From contig NC_068992.1 in the NCBI RefSeq assembly GCF_001194135.2, positions 55,972,706 to 56,036,705 on the forward strand: a DNA stretch of 64,000 bases, read 5' to 3'. Positions 1 to 36,040 of the stretch are shown one piece after another. The stretch comes from Octopus bimaculoides (taxonomy: Eukaryota). The position numbers and the translations under genes are program-made. Below the pieces are notes generated by a model. The model had not been told where the DNA came from. It made no database searches and saw only the letters and a list, made by a program, of their open reading frames with translations. Within the stretch, counting starts at the first letter, position 1; every line of letters starts with the position of its first letter.

Positions 1-380
1 TAATTCTGCACCCCCACTCTATCAAGGGGTTTTGTCTTGCAAGTTACTTGGTGGCCTCAGTAGTATTGAGAAAATAGCACCTAGTACACTTTGGAAAGTG
101 GTTGGCCGACAATTGTAACCAATGCAGCCCTTAGGCTAGTTGGATCCAGTCAAACTGTCCAACCTGTGCTAGCTTGCCAGTTCCTGTCGAACCATACAGC
201 CCGTGCCAGCACGGAAAACAGACATTAACTGATGATTGATACATGACACTATTGCTTTAGATCAAACATTTTCTGACTTCTTTTAAATAAAAATTAGGAT
301 GTTGTTAACGTTACTCACCTATCTAATATTGGTAACCAATATAATTGTTGCTGTAAAACTAAGTGCATTTTGATTTCCAG

Positions 381-12839
<12,459 letters not shown>

Positions 12840-14774
12840 TTCCACATTAGACATTCTAATCCATTCCTGCTTTCCACATAATTCTCTTCTGCTTACTCTT
12901 ATTCATTTTTTTTTTTTCTTTTACTTTTATTTTCTCCTTTTTTTTTTTTTCTTTTTATGAATTCTTAAAAACCTTTCATGCCAGTAGATTCTGCTTTTAA
13001 TACATTTTGACTGTTGAAGTCACTCACCTAATTAAAAAGAATTCTTTCTATGCAGTCAACACTCCTGCTGTTTTCTTTCTTTTTATCATGTTCTTTGTTC
13101 TATTTAGATTTCAATACCAATAAGCAAGCAGCCGGTGTTTCTCTAATGTTTATTTGGTTATTGGTACGCCTCCTGTTGTGGTGTGTCCACTATTTGACTA
13201 TCCCTCTATTCAACACTTACAATCAGCTGACACCCATGTTTGTGAGATAACAACAGAACCAATCTCCTCTGTACATATTTCCATGTCACATATCTGGAGT
13301 GGGGCAAATGGTTGGAAGCACTGCAACCTTTATCGCTATCACACTCCTTTCACTGATCACTCTTTCTGAATTTTATTTCAAATATTTCACTACGTTAGGA
13401 TTTAAAAAGATAAAAGAAATATTTATTTCTTACTTCAAACATATCAGTTTAGATGATATCTGGGGTTTATTTTGTTGTTTTGTTTGTCTTGGTATTTTAA
13501 AATAATTAAAATGTTTCGAAGTTTTTCATTAGTACATTAAATTTTCTGTATTTAAAGTCTTTTCATCTGAATTAAACTGTTAAACTGCTAAAACCAGTTC
13601 AGGTGTTATTTTCTAAGAAATCCCATTGTCTACACTATCTGTTCTCTTCCCCTTCTTAATAGGTTTCATTTATTTACATTGTAACTATCCAACTTTTCTA
13701 AAAAAATATTTTTAAACTCATTTCAAGGGTTGTTTAATAATGCAGAAACAATAATAGTTGGCAGTTTTGTTTTGGTTAACTTTGTATTTGCAACTTGGGC
13801 TGGTTGCATTGTCTTTGATAGAGGTTGGGTGCTAGAGTAGACATGTTATTCTGAATAGTGGGGTTTAGACAGCTTTGCAAGCTGCTCTGAAGAAAAGGCA
13901 CTCTATGGGAGTCTGATTTCCAAACAGTTATATTTTAAATGGTATTAACTCCTTGTTGCCACTATCTGCACCTAAATATTTATTCTAGAATTGAAAGCTA
14001 AAAACTTTTGTCTCACTGACATTTAAGAACAAAATCTCTCCAGCTTTTGTTCTGGTGACAAAATATCAGCGTAATGTATTTAGAAAAGATGTTCACTGAT
14101 GTTTTTATTGATACTGTTTGTAATTATCTTGAGGTTTTGGAAGTCTTCAGACTGCAAGAAAACAAGATTTCTCTTATATTGCAAAAAGAAAGATTTTTTT
14201 TTTTTCTTAAAAAGTAAAAAAAAAAAATCAATATTTTTGTTTCTTCTGTATTCCTAAATATTTTAAAATTGCCAGCTTTATATAGAAAAACAAATACCCA
14301 ATGCAACAGACATCTACACACAAGTTTTCCTATTCTAGTGCCCTCTGAGATGGCAACCCCCCACCCCCAAATCTCAATCAGTTAGTAGTATAGTCTTGAA
14401 AATGATACCTTTTCAACGAAATTTCTACAACTTACCCTTGGCTTTAAAAATTGTTTTAGAAGCACCAAATATAGTTTACATGGTCATGTGATTGAACTCC
14501 TTGGCCCTATTTTTCTACAACAGATCACTATTTAGTTTTACTAAATAGGGATAATACACCTTATGAACTTGCTAATTAGTTGTCTTTCAAAATCTACCTG
14601 AAAGTAAATGATAGTGCATTGTGAAAAAAAATAAAGCAAAACCCCCAAAAAACTAACAGTTTTAAAAAAAAAATACTGTGTACACTACTAGCTTGTAATC
14701 TCAACTAATATTTGATTGTATAAAATACTTGAAACTCCCCACCTCCAAACCACACCCTCTACCAAAACAACACA

Positions 14775-15110
14775 AGTTATATGTATGTGTGTGTGTGTGT
14801 ATACACACACATGTATCTGTGTGAATGTGTGTATACATACATATTTGTGTGTGTACATTGTGTGTGTGTGTATATTATATATACATGTGTACATATATAT
14901 ATATATTATATATACATGTATATATATACATTATATATCCATGTGTACATATATATGTGCATATATATTATGTATACATGTGTATATATGTATATTATAT
15001 ATACATGTGTATATATATTATATATACATGTGTGTATATATATTATTTATACATGTATGTATATATACATTATATATACATGTGTGTGTATAGATATATA
15101 TATATGTAGA
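14775..15110. repeat. Compound (TG)/(TA) minisatellite with about 22-24 bp periodicity
   Basis: Units like tatattatatatacatgtgta. Confidence 0.85.
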
Positions 15111-15593
15111 ATTATGCATCAGCTTATGCCTGAAGCTGACCCTTTCGCAGCTATATTTTCTCCCTTCTACCTTTCTATTTTTGTTGGAAATATGAATATA
15201 TATATATTTTAATGTGTGGTTATGACTTTTTCAGTAAATTGTTTCGTTTTGCTTTTTTCCCCCCCATTCAATGTAGTGTCACCTGAAATTTTAGGGATTT
15301 CTTTAAGACAATTATAGATACTTACACATTACTTTTTTTGTTTTTGTTTTTTTTTTTGTTGGTTTTTCTTTTTTTTAAAAAAAAAAAAGAATTTCTCTCA
15401 TTTATTGAATATTGAATGTATTTTAAGCAGAAATAAACTTAGTTTGTTGAACATAGATGTTTTCATTATTTAATCCATCTGCATGTGTGCCTTTTAAAAA
15501 TGATTTCTTGGTTAAATCTTATTACTAACAACTCAAATTTTTAAGAAAGTGGTTGATGCCTAAAACAGGGTTTGTAGTAAATTTCCTCCAAAC

Positions 15594-15922
15594 CAGAGAT
15601 TCTCAACCATTTTTTACCCATGGACCCTTTTGACTACTATTATATTCTGGTGGACCCCCCCCCCCCCGTAGTCATTTGATGTTTAAAAGTTTTATAGAAT
15701 CTTTTCAAAATTCCTATTTTGTTTTGTGAAGGTTGAACTATGTGAAATGTTTGAGAAAGAAACCCAGCTGCTTCTTGCAATACATACATCTAATGTAGAA
15801 TTTTTTCAGGGGTTCTTAAAATTCTATTGTGGATTCCCAATTTACTATTTTATTGCATGGACCCCCCCCCCCAAGTCTTATATGGTCCCTCAGGGGCCAT
15901 ATGGAGTCCCGTTGAAAACTAC
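15594..15922. mobile_element. Degenerate hAT-type MITE in the ZFR 3' region
   Basis: CAGAGATTCTCAAC...GTTGAAAACTACT ends with internal GGACCCC motifs; related end at 46955-47005. Confidence 0.55.
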
Positions 15923-16032
15923 TTTAAATCATTATCTTCAGCGACCTCACATCTCTCTCTCTTGTATGTATTTGCGTATATAAATATGACGTGCTGTATG
16001 CTATAAACTCTTAGTAATTAAGGCTTTCTTTG

Positions 16033-16038
16033 AATAAA
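16033..16038 (+). promoter_or_regulatory. Candidate ZFR polyadenylation signal AATAAA (implies about 3.2 kb 3'UTR)
   Basis: AATAAA followed by U-rich sequence, just before SINE-rich DNA resumes. An alternative AATAAA lies at 14630-14635. Confidence 0.35.
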
Positions 16039-17539
16039 AACACTTGATTTCTTGCCCCTGCAAGCTAACAAGAATCTACTCACCGGTCAGTTTTCTGCTG
16101 CCTTTTGCAATGATTTGTACCTCTTGTTTGTATCTTTTTTCCAACTGGGTGGAGTGAGGTGACTAGTTTAGAAGCTTGCTTCCCAACCACAAGTGGATTT
16201 GGTAGATGGAAACTGAAAGTCATTGCATATATATGCTTGTGTGTGTGTATACATGTCACTGAAGTGAACAAGAGCACTAATCAGCACCAGTATCGCTGGA
16301 AATAAGAGTCAAAACAACTCAATAGCCACAAAAACATAATGAGCTGACAAGGGAGACAAGCTCCCTATGGATGCAGATAGAGCTAGATCACCCAATGATG
16401 TCACAGTTTTGATGCTTAACGCTCAGTATACACACACACTCATATATGCATGCTTCAACTTATTAATTGATGTGTGTTTCCATTCTTCTGTTAAAAACCT
16501 TTCTGGCCATTTCCTTACGTGGAGACATGTTGAAGCTTAGCAATGTGAAATTGAATTCTGATTGACCCATGCAAACAGAAAATAGTGTTAAAATGGTGAT
16601 GACTGAGTGCAAGCTGTCAGACTCCCTGGCCAGTGTGACCATCAAGTTGTCTCAGTTTTTCATGTCTGCAAGGTACCACTCGTCTTACTTAGCCATGTTG
16701 TTTATGAAGGAAATGAACCCCCATTTTTAATCATGCAGACTGGAAATTTTTTGCCAGCAGAGCCAGGTCTAATGTAGAACAGAGACCAAGGCCCCTAAAT
16801 TTTGCAGGCAGTTTAGCTTGTTACCAACCAGCACAGCACCAGACTGTTATCAAAATCACAAACTTGCTGTTCGTTGAAGTTAGCTATCAGTCATTTACTT
16901 CTCGAGGTCTAATGATTATACAGTGCATTAAATCCCTACTTACTAATCAATGTCCTTACCTACAAAGGCATCTAAACAGGTCCCCAATTTGGGATTAATT
17001 ACTGAGCTACAGCTGTGATGAGATAGTTTTTGTTTTTTATCTTTAGTTATAATAGATTTAAATATTCCTTAATTTACTACATTAATGTTGGGTGTCTTGG
17101 TGGTCTCGTGGGTAGAGACATAATTATATAGCCACATTGAACATCCTGGGAAGGGTTCAAACCTACCCAGCGCCTGCATTAAGGGGTCTTATTAAAAAAT
17201 TTTTTTTTTAAATATTTATATCTAGAGATGAAAATGTTTAATAAGACCACCCTGTAATTCATGGCAGAGATTAGAAACCTCTGCTTGTGTCTTGTTACTA
17301 CTTTTAAACACCCTTACCTACTGGGCCACCAAAGCAACAAGATGTCTTATTAAATAACAAAAGACACTAGGTCAAGGCACCATGTAGTGGAATTGAACCT
17401 GGAATGACATGATTGAAAAGCAAACTCCTTAACCAAACAGCTGTACCCACAAAACAAAATACAAAGGAAAATGGAAAAAGGTTCGATTTTACACCTGTTT
17501 ATTAGAAGAAAAAAATTACACAATCTAAGTAGAGATTGG

Positions 17540-17545
17540 TTTATT
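17540..17545 (-). promoter_or_regulatory. SRM polyadenylation signal AATAAA
   Basis: tttatt on + strand, 81 nt past the stop codon. Confidence 0.65.
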
Positions 17546-17625
17546 GAATATATATATTTTCCAGATGAGACAACTTTTTCTTCATGTAATGAATATGACC
17601 ATTCCAAAAAGGACTGTCTTTACAA

Positions 17626-31653
<14,028 letters not shown>

Positions 31654-31942
31654 CGCTGTCTTTTGGTCAGTGAGAAGATTAATTGATCTGAGAATACGAG
31701 CCAAAAACAAACAGAAATGTTATATTAGGAGACAAGCAATAATAAAATAAATAGCAATTATATATTTAAAACGAATATGGGGAAAGAATAAAGATAATGT
31801 GGTATTTGAAAAGAAAAAGAAAAATCACATTTTTGTTATGGCTTGTTTTATGTGAAGGAAATGAGAGAAGATAAGAGAGAAAATGAACAGAATATAATTT
31901 AAATAAAGGGATATTAGATAAAGTATTTAATATCGAAAGTAC

Positions 31943-32001
31943 CTGCTGGACTGTGGTTATCACAAAGCGTGATATTAAAACTTCGAGCGATCCTGTATTG
32001 G
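31943..32001 (-). other. SRM: Probable non-coding 5'UTR exon of SRM (intron 31688-31942)
   Basis: Donor CAG|gtactt at 31942 and acceptor ttctcag| at 31688, 34 nt upstream of the ATG; CpG-richer context; TSS position unknown. Confidence 0.55.
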
Positions 32002-32013
32002 TGCGCATGCGCC
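32002..32013. promoter_or_regulatory. NRF1-type palindrome TGCGCATGCGCC in the SRM promoter
   Basis: Contains the GCGCATGCGC core of the NRF1/ewg consensus, immediately upstream of the inferred SRM first exon. Confidence 0.6.
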
Positions 32014-32398
32014 TTGCAAGTCAATTAAGCGATGAGTGAGGGAAGAGACAAACGAATCTTTATGAATACTGATGCTGGTTCGTGTCCCGCAGATAGCCTT
32101 CGACCTTTTTTTCTTTCTGTTGTTGTTGTTGTTTTTCTTTTCCTGCTAAGTTTTTTATTTTTAACCCAATATATTACATGCTATTATTAGTAATTTATAG
32201 ATAATTTATATCAAATCTTTCGATTAGTCAAATAGTGCAATTGTTATATTTTTTCATATGGTCTCGCCCGAAGAGGATAGTCGTACCGATCAAAATTACA
32301 GTGACGCTGAAAAGTATCAAATGATGGATAAGTAAGAAAAGACGGAAATAAGTGTTGTTAATGTGTATGTTTTTAAGAGATTTTATTCATAATTACTA

Positions 32399-32627
32399 TA
32401 AAGAATAAAAAGTTTAGAATGGTACAACAATGCACTATAAAACAAAAAATGGACTATATACCTGTTGTAAATTGATTATCTATAGTCCGATGATATTTCG
32501 GAATTACAATTCCTTCTTCAGATCTTCTTAGCTGGAGTCTCTGCTATAAGTTTATACAACAGGTATATGGTTCATTTTTTTGTTTTATAGTGCATTGTTG
32601 TACCATTCTAAACTTTTTTATTCTTTA
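32399..32627. repeat. Inverted repeat, about 72-bp arms around an 80-bp spacer
   Basis: Arm 32399-32471 versus reverse complement of 32551-32627, with few substitutions or indels; TA at both outer ends. Confidence 0.9.
32480..32530 (-). ncRNA. Hammerhead catalytic core (stem I partner absent) inside an inverted repeat
   Basis: CTGAAGA-A-GGAAT TGTA ATTCC-GAAA-T ATC A-TC. Confidence 0.45.
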
Positions 32628-32779
32628 CAAACAATACACAATGCTTCAAGCGAACTACAATACTCTCCTATAATTACTATAAATCGTCATAATTTATCAA
32701 AGTCCCTGGAAATAAACTTCAAATAATAATTATGTTTATTTTGGAGCAAAAATGGCACAACAGAACTTTTTCGTAGGGA

Positions 32780-32951
32780 AATTGTACGGAAAACGACTTC
32801 CAGGCCATATTCCAAAAGTGGCAGGAACGCTGGAACTGGTGTATTGCGGCGCAAGGTGACTGTTTCAAAGGAGGTGATGTTAAAACTTCTGTAAATAAGT
32901 TATCTTTTATTAAATATAACTATCCCGGGAACCTTTTGATATCACCTTGTA
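32780..32951 (+). mobile_element. Mariner 3' end relic with terminal repeat
   Basis: KWQERWNWCIAAQGDCFKG, ending ..ttttgatatcaccttgTA. Confidence 0.65.
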
Positions 32952-33599
32952 AATGCTAAATGGTTAAAGAGGCCATGACAAGATTTGAACTCAGACTGCA
33001 AAAAGCCGCCAGACATTTGACCTGATGCTCTTTAAGTTCTGCAAATCGATGACCCGGATTTGGCACTTTTTTTTTTTAATTTTTGATTGAATGAATGAAA
33101 AATCAAAATTGATCTTGTTGACCTTTGTGAGATTTGAACTCAGAGCACAGAGAATAAGGCTCAAATGACTCAGCCAATTTCCTGTCTTCATCTTCATCAT
33201 TGTCACTATTTAAACATCTGCTTTTCCAAGCTTTGCATGGGTCAGACAGAGTTTACTGTGGCAGATTTTTCTACAGCCGGATGCCCTTCCTGACGCAAAC
33301 CCTAACCTGTTTTCATGCAAGGTGATATATCCGAAAGACCAGACATATTTTTGCAGGACATTAGAAATGAATGGTGCTGTTTGAATAATGGTAACATTCA
33401 TTAACAGTGACCATGCAATGCCAAGAATCTCCTAGCTTTGTTGCTTGTTGATATCTCTACTGCATTCTCCTTCATGAGATCAGTACATACAGTGGCAGAC
33501 TGGCCAGGTTGCCCAATGGCAAGTGGGTCCCTTGGACATTAGAATCCACTTTTCATCGCAAGTTACAATACAGTCGAGAAATGGATCGGTATGGCCACC

Positions 33600-34010
33600 A
33601 AGATGAAACTATGAGCAAATTTCATATCTGGGCATTTTCTGATTTTCCTTCAAATCTAAAATGCTCGACAAATGATTTGTCGAGCTTTTGATCGCATGCA
33701 AATGGTTACAGGCAAATTTCTGGCTAACCTGAAGTTCTTTTGCCAGTTCTCGAGTGGTTTTACGTGGATCTTTCTCAATGATGGTCTTTAATTGACAGTC
33801 ATCGATAACAGATGGGCATCCACTACACTCCCAATCTTCAAGGTTCAAGTCTCCACTGTGAAATCGTTTAAACCATTTTCAAGCTGACCACTCACTGGTC
33901 ATTTCCTCACCAAACGTTTCGTTGAAATTGCAAGCAGTTTCAGCTGCTTTACGTCCTTTTTTGAAGTCGAATAACAAAATTGTTCAAATATTGCAATTTG
34001 ACAGTTTCAT
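33600..34010 (-). mobile_element. Mariner transposase N-terminal (HTH) relic
   Basis: KWFKRF..GDLNLED..SG.PSVIDD..LKTIIEKDPRKTTRELAKELQVSQ. Confidence 0.8.
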
Positions 34011-34599
34011 TTCAGATGATTGTAACAACTGGGGAAAAAAAAAATCAATGTTAATTTATTGATGCATCTGGGCAAGACTATGTCTGTATTATTAGACAAT
34101 TGCAAAAAATTGTTTTAAAAAAATTCAAAACTCTGCAAAAATCCGGTACAAATTCTTCTTGGTTCAAAATGTTGCATACATTTTACTCAACCTGATATAT
34201 AGGGTGGGGTAAAATAAGTAATTTCTGATTTCTTATTTTTTCCCTACTTGTTTGAAACTACTACATTGCAAGTATTGCATGATTTGTTCTGTTGCGTCAT
34301 CTTTGAGAGTAAAAATTGATCGGCATAGCTGTTGAAGTTGAGAGAGTTTTGAGACACAATCAGGTGACAAGTACTTTGCTTTCAAGAAATTTACTTCTCA
34401 ACTTCGAGGTTGCTAATAAAATATCTGGATAATTTTTTATGTTTAACAATTAATATGCTTTTCTCTGTTGGATTCCATGTCAATTTTTTCTCACTCTAAT
34501 GTCTAATTTTCCATTCTCAAAAAAATGATGTGTAAGCTGGGGCAAAATGAGTAATGACTAATTTCAATAATGGCAGAGTTTTGGATCAGAACACTCACA

Positions 34600-35680
34600 T
34601 GTTGGATTTTCTCTGTTTCAGAATTTGTCTCATGTGTGAACGCTACCAGTGTGACTTTTCAAGCCCACAAGTGACCCACACATTCTAGTACAGACGTTAT
34701 GTACATAATTGCTCCCAACAACATGAGCCACTTGTTGGTCATCATGCACTTTCATGTGATGTTTCAATCCCTCAGCTGATAGGCAAACTTTGCCACTTTC
34801 ATGCCATATTGTTATGCTGTGTATGGCACAACCCAAGTTAACTCTCTGTATATGACTTCTTTTCAGTTCTGCTCTGCTGAAGCAAACCCTCCTACATTCA
34901 TTGTGTATCAACTTACTTTAGTCACCAACATTTCCTGGAGATATCATATCTACATCCTTACCAGTGTCCTGCTTAAACTTTACTTGATTTCCTCGAGCCA
35001 TTTCAAAGTTCTCATTTCCATTATATACTGCTTTCCGCCATCTTGCCTGGTCAGTTACAGTACTTTCCCAATCCTTTTTAAAGATTTTAGATTTCTTCAA
35101 CATTTATTGAGACAGAGGGACAGATGAAGCCATTCTCCAAGCAGCAAGAGTAAGGCCCCTGCATGCAACTGTAACTAAACGACGAATGAGAATGGCTGGA
35201 CATATTAAGACTGCCAGAGGAAAGGCTTCCCAAAACAGCCAAGGGCTGGATGCTGCTGGAAGGCAAGAGAAAAAGAGACTGGTCAAGGAAGACATGGCAT
35301 AGTACCTTCAAAGAAGATCTACACAGGCTGAATATCACCTGGAAAGAAGCATACTGGTTCTATCTCTAAACCTCATCTTAGGTTTATGAGGTGGATGCTT
35401 TCCATTTCTCAGCTACTTCAGAGTCCTGCAATCCTCCATTCTCACTAAGTGATCCACCTATTGGAGTTTGTGCTGCAAAATGATTAACTCAGTACTTTCA
35501 CAGCGACTTCTTTCAAAGACCTCAACATCACTCATATACACTTTCCAATACAAGCCCAAGATATGACATAGACATTACTGTTAGAAGCACTCCAGCTGTT
35601 TCAGGTGCTTTCAGTCAGGTACCCATATCTTGCAAACATAAAACATGGAGGATAACACATATAAATCTTCACTTTTGTAT
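34600..35680 (-). mobile_element. RTE/BovB-like LINE 3' relic with C-terminal Cys/His zinc-finger-like repeats, interrupted at 35104-35349
   Basis: HLKQLECF..CLCHILG..HLVRMED..KPKMRFRDRT|SMLKKSKI..RWRKAV..RVCFSRAEL..GKVCLSAEGLKHHMKVH..CGSLVGLKSH. Confidence 0.75.
35104..35349 (+). mobile_element. Second LINE RT C-terminal fragment inserted in opposite orientation
   Basis: RRMRMAGH..RLPEERLPKTA..EGKRKR..RKTW..FKEDL; CAT duplicated at 35101-35103 and 35350-35352. Confidence 0.7.
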
Positions 35681-35684
35681 TGAT

Positions 35685-36040
35685 AGAGGGCTTATGTGTT
35701 GGAGCATTGCCCTGATGAAACAAGACCCTCTTTTGCCAGTTTTTCTGGTTGATCAGCCTCCCTATTCCCTTGATTTGGCCCCCATCTGACCATCATCTGT
35801 TCCTCAACATGAAAAAACACTTAGCTGAAAAACCAGTATCACAGTGGTGATGAAGTCATTTCAGCTGTTGATGACTTTTTTGACCAACAAGACGAAAGCT
35901 TCTTCACCAATGGGATCCAATGGGATGTAACACCAATGGAAGAAATGTGTGATCCACAAGGGAGACTATGTTGAAAAATAACCCCCATTTGGTTACATTT
36001 CATCAGAGTATTTTGATCAGCCTATGAACTTTTCAGCCTT
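35685..36040 (+). mobile_element. Mariner transposase catalytic/C-terminal relic with an inverted internal piece
   Basis: + strand PYSLDLAP/SDHHLF..WKKCVIHKGDYVEK* (35757-35992); - strand VLFHQGNAPTHK (35690-35750). Confidence 0.75.

Noticed and set aside
14716-15212. Cys/Tyr/Ile-rich ORFs (also 40332-40766, 41219-41724, 23392-24040)
   Set aside because: Translations of TA/TG/CA microsatellites.
17093-17175. tRNA gene
   Set aside because: A- and B-box-like motifs only; the cloverleaf cannot be formed, so likely a decayed SINE head.
31654-31710. N-terminal extension of SRM ([13 protein letters not shown]..) as a targeting peptide
   Set aside because: Starts at a non-ATG codon and crosses a good splice acceptor at 31688; better explained as intron plus 5'UTR.
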